Notes under the pieces: generated by a model
What the model was told of the DNA's origin: nothing
Database searches by the model: none
The model's input: the letters and a program-made list of their open reading frames with translations, nothing else
Shown: positions 38,310 through 47,979 of the stretch, in pieces
Position numbering within the stretch: the stretch's first letter is position 1
Layout of the letters: each line of letters opens with the position of its first letter
Translations under genes and position numbers: made by a program
Assembly (NCBI GenBank): GCA_049903315.1
Contig: JBNGBT010000009.1
Location: 32,001-96,000 of the forward strand
Direction: 5' to 3'
Source: Candidatus Cloacimonadota bacterium
GTDB lineage: Bacteria; Cloacimonadota; Cloacimonadia; JGIOTU-2
DNA length: 64,000 bases

Positions 38310-39860
38310 CTACTCTTTTTTTTCTGCTGGTTTCTCTGTCAACATTAATTCGCGCTTTTTTAAGGCATTTTGTACAACCAGATATTCACTCCAGGGAACT
38401 TCCTGAGTGCCGTAACACATTGTTGTTTCGTGAGCTTTCCCACATGTAATAACCGTGTCTCCATCCTGTGCAGAAAGTATCGCTTTTTCTATTGCTTTTT
38501 TGCGATCCGGTCTCTTAAAAAAATCAATTCCTTCTCTTCTTCCTTCCTGCATGCAGCCAGCAGCGATCTCTTTTATGATCGCATCGGGTGATTCCGTACG
38601 TGGGTCTTCTGCAGTGATGTAAATCTTGTCTGCGAGCTGCCCTGCGACAATGCCCATTTCTCTCCGCTTTTGTACATCACGAAGTCCGGCACTTCCAAAA
38701 ACGACATGTATTTGACCTTTTGTGAATGTCCTAGCCGCTCGAAGGGCTTGCTCAAGCGCATTTGCCGTATGTGCAAAATCAATGATCACATTAAAATTTC
38801 CCAGCGTATGTGGGATAAGTTCCATCCTGCCTTTTATGCGCTTTAATGAATCAATTGCCGAGATGATCTTCTCTTTGGGAATATTTTGAGAATATGCAAC
38901 TGCAATTGCTGCGAGAATATTATAGACGTTATACTCTCCGAGAAGGTGGCTTGTAATTTTTAGCTTTTCTTTGGGTGTATGAACCGTAAATTTCAGCAAT
39001 CCCTCTTTTTGAAAGATATCATCAGCCCAGAAATCTGCGTTATTACTCAACCCAAAAGAAAAATGCTGACCTGCATCATATTTGCTAAAAGTGCCGTAGA
39101 TTGGATCATCATAATTGAGCACACTTATTTTAGGGATATCTTCCTTATTATTAGATAAAGAAAGAAGCTCGAATAAATGAGCTTTTGCGCTGATGTACTC
39201 CTCCCGGGATTTATGGAAATCGAGATGTTCAGAAGTAATATTCGTGAGTACTGCAAAATCATATTCGCATGCTTCCACACGATACTGTGCGAGCCCGTGT
39301 GATGAGGTTTCTATTACTGCATATTCTGTTCCGGCTTCAATCATTTCTGCCAGATATTTCTGGATTGATACTGCGTCGGGTGTTGTGGTATGAAATCCTG
39401 TTTGGAATACTGTATCTCCGATTATAGCATTTATCGAAGTTATCAAACCTGTTTTGTGTCCCGCTTCGTTCAGAATATGATGTATCAGCGTCGAAGTTGT
39501 TGTCTTTCCATCCGTGCCGGTCACACCAATGATCCCGAGCTTTCTTGCTGGAAATCCGTAAAATGCTGCGGCAAGATGAGATATTGCGTCTCTTGTATTT
39601 TTTGTTTTTATGAAAGGTATAATCTTATCATTGGGAGAATACGCTTCGTCTTCAAACAGAACTGCTGCTGCTCCTTTTTCAATTGCTTTATGTATATAAT
39701 TATGCCCGTCGGCATCAACTCCTTTGATGGCCACAAACAGGTTGCCCATCTCAAGATTTCGCGTGTCAAAAGAAATGCCGGATATATTAATTTCGTGGAT
39801 GGATTTTTTGCCCAATAAAACATAATCTTTCAGATTTTCAAGGAGTTTTTGTAACGTCAT
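38310..39860 (-). CDS. murE: UDP-MurNAc-L-Ala-D-Glu:diamino acid ligase
   Basis: GVTGTDGKTT, TTPD, ETSSHGL, EHLDFH, DFAHT and FGSAGLRD motifs. Specificity motif EDPR. Confidence 0.92.
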   Translation of the reverse strand: MTLQKLLENLKDYVLLGKKSIHEINISGISFDTRNLEMGNLFVAIKGVDADGHNYIHKAIEKGAAAVLFEDEAYSPNDKIIPFIKTKNTRDAISHLAAAFYGFPARKLGIIGVTGTDGKTTTSTLIHHILNEAGHKTGLITSINAIIGDTVFQTGFHTTTPDAVSIQKYLAEMIEAGTEYAVIETSSHGLAQYRVEACEYDFAVLTNITSEHLDFHKSREEYISAKAHLFELLSLSNNKEDIPKISVLNYDDPIYGTFSKYDAGQHFSFGLSNNADFWADDIFQKEGLLKFTVHTPKEKLKITSHLLGEYNVYNILAAIAVAYSQNIPKEKIISAIDSLKRIKGRMELIPHTLGNFNVIIDFAHTANALEQALRAARTFTKGQIHVVFGSAGLRDVQKRREMGIVAGQLADKIYITAEDPRTESPDAIIKEIAAGCMQEGRREGIDFFKRPDRKKAIEKAILSAQDGDTVITCGKAHETTMCYGTQEVPWSEYLVVQNALKKRELMLTEKPAEKKE

Positions 39861-40942
39861 TACTCTTCCAAAGAATCAGAGATCTTGCCCTTTTTAATGA
39901 GGCTGCGGAGCGATACATAGGTTTTTATTCCGCCGTTCATAAGCTTGTACCAGAATGGCTTGAATACATGATCCTGCATGCCGATGAATTTCCTGAACTC
40001 ACCACCGAATCCCTTTTTGAAGCGATACACGCCAAAGAGCGGATGTCCCTCGTGGGGATGAGCAGGCACACCCCAGAGGTCATATATTTTATATCCCTGC
40101 TTCTGAGCCCACTGTATCACATGCCAGTGCAGCGCCTGGTTCGGCATGACATTTCGATATTCATTCGAGGATGCGCCGTACATGTACCAAATTTTTTGTC
40201 CAAATGCAAAGATATACACCCCAGCAACAGGAACGTTCTTATAATATGCCATAAATAATCGCACCATCCCTTTGTCTGCCATTTGCTCGATTACTCGTTT
40301 ATAGTACTCAAAATTATGTATGATGAATGCATCGCGCCTTGCAGTGGTTTCATAAATATCATAAAATTTCTGTGCGCCTTCCAGCGAAGTTTCTTCTCTT
40401 ACTTCTACTCCTTTTTTCATCGAAAGCCGGATATTGTACCGTGTTTTTGATTCGCATCCTGCAAGAATATCCTCGGCTGATTTCGTGAGATCAAGAAAGT
40501 ATGTTGCTCTTGGTTGTATCTGCTTTTTTACAAAATGAAAATTATGCTCTTGCAAAATACTGAGTGCCGTTTCATTATCTTCATCAATTTCAGGATCGAT
40601 TTTCAGAACAATTGCATTATATTGTTTGGCAATCTGGGAAATTTTATCCATCAGTGCAGAGAAATGTTCGCGTTTTGTAACATCGATAACCGGGCCTCGC
40701 GGTGCATAGAACAGGCATTTTCCTATATATGGAATTTTCCGTTTTTGTATAGATATACCGCCTACTATTTTGCGGTCCTCGAAAACGGCAATTCTGATCG
40801 GCACCCAGCCGGAAATTCTCTTTATCTCTCCCCATTCATAGGATTGGATGATCGGACATTCCGGCGTGGAAGCCACGAAGGTATTCCATGCGGAAAATTC
40901 TTCTTCGGTCTCTAAAATCTTGCATTCAATATTTACATTCAT
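39860..40942 (-). CDS. FemABX family aminoacyl-tRNA-dependent peptidoglycan bridge transferase
   Basis: QSYEWGEIK, YAPRGP, KTRYNIR, YMYGAS, YDLWG and GVYRFKKGFGG motifs. Confidence 0.92.
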   Translation of the reverse strand: MNVNIECKILETEEEFSAWNTFVASTPECPIIQSYEWGEIKRISGWVPIRIAVFEDRKIVGGISIQKRKIPYIGKCLFYAPRGPVIDVTKREHFSALMDKISQIAKQYNAIVLKIDPEIDEDNETALSILQEHNFHFVKKQIQPRATYFLDLTKSAEDILAGCESKTRYNIRLSMKKGVEVREETSLEGAQKFYDIYETTARRDAFIIHNFEYYKRVIEQMADKGMVRLFMAYYKNVPVAGVYIFAFGQKIWYMYGASSNEYRNVMPNQALHWHVIQWAQKQGYKIYDLWGVPAHPHEGHPLFGVYRFKKGFGGEFRKFIGMQDHVFKPFWYKLMNGGIKTYVSLRSLIKKGKISDSLEE

Positions 40943-41096
40943 AGATACTCAACGAACTTTTTCGTTCAGATGTGAGAATCTTTACATATCGAATCTGTCA
41001 ACTTTTTCCTTCTCCGCTATGCATTTCGTAAAAATTGACAGCCCTCACCGCTCATCCAAAAAGAACCCAATCATAATGAAAAGGAGTTCATTAATT

Positions 41097-41798
41097 ATGA
41101 AAATCATTCGATTGTTACTGATCGGTCTCATCTTAACCGTTCTGCTTTCCTGCGGCGGATTCCTTTTTGCACAGGATAATACACAACCAGAAGAGGAGAT
41201 CATGAAAGACCCGATAGTAAAAATGCACACGAATTATGGTGACATCACACTCAAACTTTATAACGACACACCTCAGCATAGAGATAATTTTCTTAAACTC
41301 GTTGAAGAATGCTTCTATGACAGCACACTTTTCCATAGAGTTATTGCCGGCTTTATGATACAGGCAGGTGATCCAGACTCAAAAGGTGCGATGCCCAAAA
41401 AACAGCTTGGCGTCGGTGGTCCGGGTTATACAGTAGCGGCAGAATTCCGTAAAGACCTAATCCACAAAAAGGGCGCACTTGCTGCAGCGAGGCAAGGTGA
41501 CCAGGTCAATCCGCAGAAACGCTCTTCCGGGTCACAGTTCTATATCGTTGTAGGACGTCCCTGGACAGCAGACGAAATGATAATGGTCCAGGAAAGATTA
41601 GGTTTTAAATATACTGACGAGCAGAAAGAAATCTATGAAACTCTCGGTGGCTACCCCTTCCTTGATAGAGAATATACTGTATTTGGAGAAGTAATCGAAG
41701 GACTGGATGTTGTTGATGCGATATCGGTTGTTGACACAAATCCTGCTGACAGACCACTTCAGGATGTGGTTATTGAAAGCATCGAAATTGTGGAATAA
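41097..41798 (+). CDS. Cyclophilin-type peptidyl-prolyl isomerase (exported)
   Basis: FHRVIAGFMIQAGDP, GALAAAR, SGSQFYIV and YTVFGEV motifs. Start reassigned after AGGAG. Confidence 0.92.
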   Translation: MKIIRLLLIGLILTVLLSCGGFLFAQDNTQPEEEIMKDPIVKMHTNYGDITLKLYNDTPQHRDNFLKLVEECFYDSTLFHRVIAGFMIQAGDPDSKGAMPKKQLGVGGPGYTVAAEFRKDLIHKKGALAAARQGDQVNPQKRSSGSQFYIVVGRPWTADEMIMVQERLGFKYTDEQKEIYETLGGYPFLDREYTVFGEVIEGLDVVDAISVVDTNPADRPLQDVVIESIEIVE

Positions 41799-41925
41799 GT
41801 GTCTCGATTTTTCCCTTGGGAAAGCCCATGCTGTAGTATTTTTTATCATAAATTTCAGTGCAAAGATTGACATAGAAAATCATGGTTTTGTTTTTGATAT
41901 ATAAATTTACCGGAGGTGATACTTA

Positions 41926-42126
41926 GTGACCAAAGTGGTAGTTGGTAAAGACGAGAGCTTTGAAGGTGCTTTTCGCCGCTTCAACCGAAAGGTTCAGCGC
42001 TCGGGCGTTCTTTCTGATATCAAAAAGAACCGTTATTACGAAAAGCCCAGCGATAAACATCGAAGAGAACTCAAGGCGACTTTACGTAAACTTAAACGAA
42101 ATAGTTTCAGATATCGTTCGCGCTAA
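41926..42126 (+). CDS. rpsU: 30S ribosomal protein S21
   Basis: ESFEGAFRRF...YYEKPS. GGAGG RBS with GTG start. Confidence 0.93.
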   Translation: MTKVVVGKDESFEGAFRRFNRKVQRSGVLSDIKKNRYYEKPSDKHRRELKATLRKLKRNSFRYRSR

Positions 42127-42155
42127 TGTGTATCGATAATTTTACGTAAACCTCA

Positions 42156-42725
42156 ATGGATATTATTAATATCATTACCCTCGGAATCATTCTTGTTTTC
42201 GGGGGTTTTGGTTTTATATCAGGATTCATCAAAGGAAGCGCTCGGCTCATTGGGTGGATCGTTGCCCTGATCATTGCAATCCGGCTGGGTCCTGCATTTT
42301 CAGTATTCTTCCAGAATACTTTTCATTTTTCGGTAAAAACATCTCACATACTGGGTGGTGTTGTTATTTTTCTTATTGTGATGGTTATCATTGCCTTTAT
42401 TGTAAAAATTTTGAAGCGGCTGGCTCAGGCACTTCATTTGAGCTTCCTGGACAAATTACTCGGGCTTATTCTGGGCTGCTTCCAGGCAATGATCGTGATC
42501 TTTCTGCTTTCTCTTTTCATACAAATACTCCCACTGAAGGGAAAAGCACAAACAGTCATAACAAACGCAACTTTTGTGGAATGGAGCAACGAGAAGATCG
42601 CACGAATTCTTGAAGCGACCAAGCTTGATTCTCAAATTCGAAATAACTCCTATTATCAGGAACTTCTTAAATTACAATATAAGCTTCAGAAGGAAGTAAC
42701 GGACACCGTTTCACCCCTTTCATGA
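42156..42725 (+). CDS. cvpA: CvpA family membrane protein
   Basis: GFISGFI and LDKLLGLILG motifs, four TM segments, upstream of mutS2. Confidence 0.85.
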   Translation: MDIINIITLGIILVFGGFGFISGFIKGSARLIGWIVALIIAIRLGPAFSVFFQNTFHFSVKTSHILGGVVIFLIVMVIIAFIVKILKRLAQALHLSFLDKLLGLILGCFQAMIVIFLLSLFIQILPLKGKAQTVITNATFVEWSNEKIARILEATKLDSQIRNNSYYQELLKLQYKLQKEVTDTVSPLS

Positions 42726-45091
42726 AAAACGCTTTTGAAGAACTGGAATTCAATAAAGTAAAAGCGTTGATTTCCTCACATTGCATGTCTCCACTTGGAG
42801 AACGGATTGTGGAAAATCTCGCACCGCTTCGAGAAAAAAAACTCGTAGAAAAACACCTATCCAAGCTGCAGGACGTCTTCAATTACCTCGAACAAAGCCA
42901 TCATTTTGCGCTTTCCGGTCTTGAAGACACAGAAATGCTGTTTGACTATTTTAGCAAATACGAGCAGTTCAATATCGACCAGCTCCTCATGTTTGGAAGC
43001 AATATCCGTATTGCAAACACTCTTAAAAAAGACAGAGATATTTTACCTGAGAATTTTCCCGAACTGCACGCAATTACATCTGCACTTATCGAGATGAAGG
43101 AGCTGGAAAATAGGTTTGATAAAATCTTCGATGCAGGAGGTGAGATCAAAGATACAGCAAGCCCGATGTTATCTTCAATCCGAAAAAATAAGCTGAAGGC
43201 AAGAAAGCGCATTTATACCGAACTTGAAAGCATTCTTGAGAAAAAAGATTACGAAAATGTTATTCAGGAAAAAGTTGTGACCTTCCGGGATGAGCGCTAT
43301 GTGATACCCGTCCGAGAAGGTGGTGTTACGCAGATGAAGGGCATCGTGCACGGACGCTCAAAAACCGGCGCTTCCTTTTATGTGGAGCCCCTCTCTGTTA
43401 TGGAACTCAACAATTCTCTGAACACACTCTCCGAAGAAGAAAAACAGGAAATTCACAGAATACTTACCGAGCTTTATAACCAGTTAAGAGACAATAAAGA
43501 TGGGCTTTGGCAAAATCTTGGCATTCTTCAAATAATCGATTTCCTAAATGCCTGCGCTCTCTATAGCAGAAGCATTGGTGCGCACATGCCGACCATTATA
43601 GATGACACGTGCCTGAGCTTGAAAAATGCCAGGCATCCCCTTCTTTTCACCAGCATAAAAGAGCCCAAAAACATCATCCCTTTCTCTCTGCATATTGGAG
43701 ATGAATTCAGAGGGATCGTCATTTCCGGTGTGAATACCGGCGGGAAAACCGTCACGCTGAAAGCAACCGGACTTCTTACTATGATGGCTCTTTCAGGTTT
43801 GATGATCCCGGTCGAAGAGTCTGAGATAGGAATGTTCACTTCATTTTTTACTGATATCAATGACGAACAGTCGATCGAGGACTCGATCAGCACGTTTTCC
43901 TCTCATATTAAGAAACTCAATGCAATTTTTGATGGCGCAGATGAATCTTCCCTCATCCTTATTGATGAACTTGGTACTGGCACTGATCCGGAAGAAGGCG
44001 CTGCGTTTGCACAATCCGTCATGGAAGCACTGATTGCAAAAAAATCAAAGGTGATCATTACCACACATTTGAATAAACTGAAAATATTTGCATCTGAACA
44101 CCCCCTTTGCGAAAATGCTTCGATGCGGTTTGATCAGGAAAAGCTGCAACCCACCTATCTGCTCGATCTCGGTTTTCCGGGCAACAGCTATGCGCTCGAT
44201 ATTGCAAAAGAGTATCATTCTCCCGAATATATTGTATCGAGAGCGCGAGAACTTATTGATCAGAAAAGTCTGCAATTGAGTGAGCTTCTGAAAAAAACCG
44301 AGCAGCAGAGGATCCATCTTTCGCAAAAACTATACGAGTTCGATTTGAAGAATAAGCTTCTCGAACAGCAATTGGAATCTCTCAATAAAAAAGAGCAAAA
44401 TTGGAAGCAGATCGAAAAAGACCGAACGCAGAAAGCGCTTAAGGATTCTGAGGAATATCTCTCACAATTACAACGGGAGTTCGATCGCGATATTGATGAA
44501 CTGAAAAAACAATTCCGGGCAGAAAAAATTATAGATCATGATAAAGTACATGACGTTAAAAACAGAATCTCAAAAGAAAGAATTTCGATTGAAAAAAAGC
44601 AGGATGAGCTCTCCGATGTCGAATTCGTTCCGATAAAAGAAATTTCTGTCGGCAAAGAGATTTATATCAAGCCGCTCAAGCTGGTTGGGAAAGTGCATTC
44701 TGTTGAGAAAAATACTGCTCATGTTCTTGCCGAGGGGCTTACCTACAACGTCAAGAAGTCCGACCTGTATGAAGTTCCCAAAGGTAAGGAGTCACACGAT
44801 CATAAGGAAGATTCGGACATCTCCATTCATGCGGATATCGACCACGATTTTGCATTTGAGCTCAACCTTATGGGCTTGACTTTTGATGAAGCCCGTTTTG
44901 AATTAGATAAGTATCTTGACAAAGCGATACTGCTGAATTATCCAAAAGTAAGGATCTTGCACGGAAAGGGCTCCGGTCAGCTCAGGCGAAAGATCTGGGA
45001 GCATTTAAAGCATGACCGGCGCATTAAAGAATTTGGCTCAGCTCCACTCCAGGAAGGCGGAGACGGAGTGACTGTGGTGTTTCTGAGGTAA
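42722..45091 (+). CDS. mutS2: Endonuclease MutS2
   Basis: LEFNKV, GVNTGGKT, STFSSH, DELGTGTDP and TTH motifs. C-terminal Smr domain (LHGKGSG...GGDGVT). Confidence 0.95.
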   Translation: MKNAFEELEFNKVKALISSHCMSPLGERIVENLAPLREKKLVEKHLSKLQDVFNYLEQSHHFALSGLEDTEMLFDYFSKYEQFNIDQLLMFGSNIRIANTLKKDRDILPENFPELHAITSALIEMKELENRFDKIFDAGGEIKDTASPMLSSIRKNKLKARKRIYTELESILEKKDYENVIQEKVVTFRDERYVIPVREGGVTQMKGIVHGRSKTGASFYVEPLSVMELNNSLNTLSEEEKQEIHRILTELYNQLRDNKDGLWQNLGILQIIDFLNACALYSRSIGAHMPTIIDDTCLSLKNARHPLLFTSIKEPKNIIPFSLHIGDEFRGIVISGVNTGGKTVTLKATGLLTMMALSGLMIPVEESEIGMFTSFFTDINDEQSIEDSISTFSSHIKKLNAIFDGADESSLILIDELGTGTDPEEGAAFAQSVMEALIAKKSKVIITTHLNKLKIFASEHPLCENASMRFDQEKLQPTYLLDLGFPGNSYALDIAKEYHSPEYIVSRARELIDQKSLQLSELLKKTEQQRIHLSQKLYEFDLKNKLLEQQLESLNKKEQNWKQIEKDRTQKALKDSEEYLSQLQREFDRDIDELKKQFRAEKIIDHDKVHDVKNRISKERISIEKKQDELSDVEFVPIKEISVGKEIYIKPLKLVGKVHSVEKNTAHVLAEGLTYNVKKSDLYEVPKGKESHDHKEDSDISIHADIDHDFAFELNLMGLTFDEARFELDKYLDKAILLNYPKVRILHGKGSGQLRRKIWEHLKHDRRIKEFGSAPLQEGGDGVTVVFLR

Positions 45092-45122
45092 CATTACTTA
45101 TGATGGAGAAACGGAGGATCAT

Positions 45123-46112
45123 ATGAAAAATATACTCTTAATTATTACGTTATTATGCCTCTTATTTGCTTGTTCCGAAACCCCCTATGAACCCGAATGG
45201 GTAGACGCCATCTTTATTATGGATGACGATGGCAGCAATGTAACATATCTAGCTGATGGGAATCCGGGTAGTATACAATTTGCCCCCGATGATTTAAAAT
45301 TAATTATTAATAGGGGTGCAAGTGGGATTTGGTCCATGAATACTGATGGTACTGAGTATAAAGCAATAATAGATACTATAAGCGGAGGTTCTTCATTACC
45401 TTCCATTTATACGGATTCATTAGGTTGTACCAAAATTGCTTTTGCGTCAGGTGATATTTATACTATAAATCTCGATGGCACAAATTTACAGAATCTTACA
45501 AATACACCTGATGTAAGAGACAGATATCCTCACTTCTCTCCTGACGGAGATTCTATTGTTTATACCACAGATTCTGATACCTTAATTACTATCTCTATAA
45601 TTGATAAAAATGGCGAATCTTCGAGGATACTTATCAGCAACACCCCCTCAACTAAGCTTGCTCAGGTTTATTATTATCCTCGCTATAATAGAACCGGTGA
45701 TAAAATCTATTATAAATTTCTTGGTGAATTAAAAGGTTTGTATTCTATTAATACCGATGGGACAGATAACTCTCTTCTTTTTGATGGCCATCTGGCAACA
45801 GATTTTCTTTCTATGCCGGATGATGGGAGTAAACTTATTTTTTCGTGTAATTCTCATATCTATATATTGAATACTGTTGATTCTGAAATTATGGATTTAG
45901 GTTATGGTGGTTCACCAATGATTTCTTCTAATGGCGAAAAAATATTATTTAATGGTGTTAAAATAATGAATAATGATGGGTCGGGGCTTACAAAACTTGA
46001 ATACGGTTGGGATCCTCGTTTCTCTCGCAACAAATATAATGGTCATTACAAAGTAGTCTATATCGGTGAAAGGCAAATTATCAAAGATTCAAACAAAGGA
46101 ATCGTAAATTAA
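45123..46112 (+). CDS. TolB-like beta-propeller lipoprotein
   Basis: LFAC lipobox. PD40-like repeats (INLDGTNLQNLT, PHFSPDG). Confidence 0.78.
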   Translation: MKNILLIITLLCLLFACSETPYEPEWVDAIFIMDDDGSNVTYLADGNPGSIQFAPDDLKLIINRGASGIWSMNTDGTEYKAIIDTISGGSSLPSIYTDSLGCTKIAFASGDIYTINLDGTNLQNLTNTPDVRDRYPHFSPDGDSIVYTTDSDTLITISIIDKNGESSRILISNTPSTKLAQVYYYPRYNRTGDKIYYKFLGELKGLYSINTDGTDNSLLFDGHLATDFLSMPDDGSKLIFSCNSHIYILNTVDSEIMDLGYGGSPMISSNGEKILFNGVKIMNNDGSGLTKLEYGWDPRFSRNKYNGHYKVVYIGERQIIKDSNKGIVN

Positions 46113-46193
46113 TATTTCCGTTTTAGGGATCAATTCCTTCTTCTGCTATCATATTAAACTTGCATAAAAATAATCCTTCATTCAATTGAAGTC

Positions 46194-47954
46194 ATGCGAT
46201 ACGACCAAACACTTCTCGAAGATATACGCTCTGCAAACAGCATTGTAGATGTGGTCGGGGAATATGTGCCGCTGAAAAGAAGCGGTGCGAATTATACAGC
46301 GCCCTGCCCTTTCCATAATGAGACAAAACCTTCATTTATGGTCTCGCCCCGCCTGCAGATTTTCAAATGCTTCGGGTGTGGAAAAGGCGGAAACGTCTTC
46401 AGCTTTCTCATGGAATATGAAAAGATCACTTTTAACGAGGCGGTTAAAAAACTCGCTGACAGAGTCGGAATAAAGCTCCCTGCATATAAGGAACAGTCCA
46501 AAGAAGACAAGAGTTTATACAACTCCCTTTATGGCATTTATGAATCAGCCCTGCGGTATTATCAAAATAATCTTACCACAAAAGATAATGATGGGCTTGC
46601 GTATCTGAAAGCAAGAAACGTCTCGGAAGATGACATCAAAACTTTTCGGCTTGGTCTGGCTCTAAAAACACAAGCCGGGCTTCATGGACACCTGGCAAAA
46701 AAAGGATTTTCAAAAAATGCACTTGCCAAATGCGGATTGTTTACAAGCTCGAATGGCGGTCTTCGTGATAAATTTTTTGAGAGGATCATGTTTCCTGTGT
46801 ATAGTTCGGACGGTAAGGTAATTGCGTTTGGAAGCCGAATATATAAAGAAGGTGATGACCGCGGTGCAAAATACCTGAACTCACCCGAAACCCCGATCTA
46901 TCAAAAGAGAAAGCATCTCTATGGACTGTACCAGACAAAAGATTCGATCATCAAGAATGATTCTGCTATTTTAGTTGAGGGCAACATTGATCTGATTGCG
47001 CTCTGGCACTATGGGTTTACAAACGTTGTTGCAAGTTTGGGGACAGCGCTTACAGAAGAACAGGTCAAACTCCTTTCCCGATATACTAAAAATATTTACA
47101 TCCTTTATGACAGCGACAGTGCGGGAAAAGAAGCTGCTGCGCGCGCTGTTAATACATTCATAACTCAGTCTATTTTTCCAAAACTCATCACCCTTCCTTC
47201 CAACACTGACCCGGATGATTTCCTCGAAGAACATGGTGCAGGTGCGCTTCGTGATTACATCGATGATGCAAAGACATTCTACGGATTTATATATGAAATA
47301 AGAAATGCCGGGAAAAATCTTGATTCTAAAAAAAGAGCGCTGTCCGAAGTTATCTCCTTCCTCGATCAAATTGTAAGCCCTGTGCAAAAAGAGCTTTATG
47401 TGCAGGAATGTGCTAATCTGTTCGGGGTAAGTGAAACGAACATCTTCCGTGCATTGCAGGCGCTTCAGAAGAAATCATGGAAGCCCAGAGATCCGCTTAA
47501 CCTGCATGTGGACCCTTATCATGAAGAAAAAGATATTATCCAACTCATCCTTTCTCATCCAGAACAGTGTGCAGATTATTTTGATGATATAGAGGTTGAT
47601 TATTTTACTCATCCCCTCATCAGAAAGCTTTTTAAGCTTTTCAAGACCAACGAAAATCCCGATATCCTTGCCGAGAAAGGTGCCCCTTTGTTGGACTATT
47701 TTGATCCAAAAGATGCTGATTTTATTTCTGACCTTCTCTTCAATGAATTGCCTTTTTCCAGAAATGATTTTGAAAAAATGCTCCTCGGTTTGCAATTAAG
47801 AAAGTTAAATGTTGACTTAAATATGCTTAATGAATATATTATAAAACATCCGGATAATGAAGATAAAATTCAAGAAAAGAAAGCTATTAAGCAAAAAATA
47901 AATCAATTAAAGAAGGACTTTAAAGGTGGTACTGTAAAGAAACTTTTAAGCTAA
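46194..47954 (+). CDS. dnaG: DNA primase
   Basis: CPFH...CFGC zinc finger, KYLNSPET, VEG and YDSDSAG Toprim motifs. Confidence 0.97.
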   Translation: MRYDQTLLEDIRSANSIVDVVGEYVPLKRSGANYTAPCPFHNETKPSFMVSPRLQIFKCFGCGKGGNVFSFLMEYEKITFNEAVKKLADRVGIKLPAYKEQSKEDKSLYNSLYGIYESALRYYQNNLTTKDNDGLAYLKARNVSEDDIKTFRLGLALKTQAGLHGHLAKKGFSKNALAKCGLFTSSNGGLRDKFFERIMFPVYSSDGKVIAFGSRIYKEGDDRGAKYLNSPETPIYQKRKHLYGLYQTKDSIIKNDSAILVEGNIDLIALWHYGFTNVVASLGTALTEEQVKLLSRYTKNIYILYDSDSAGKEAAARAVNTFITQSIFPKLITLPSNTDPDDFLEEHGAGALRDYIDDAKTFYGFIYEIRNAGKNLDSKKRALSEVISFLDQIVSPVQKELYVQECANLFGVSETNIFRALQALQKKSWKPRDPLNLHVDPYHEEKDIIQLILSHPEQCADYFDDIEVDYFTHPLIRKLFKLFKTNENPDILAEKGAPLLDYFDPKDADFISDLLFNELPFSRNDFEKMLLGLQLRKLNVDLNMLNEYIIKHPDNEDKIQEKKAIKQKINQLKKDFKGGTVKKLLS

Positions 47955-47979
47955 GTTTTAGTGTGTGCCCGGAGACTTT

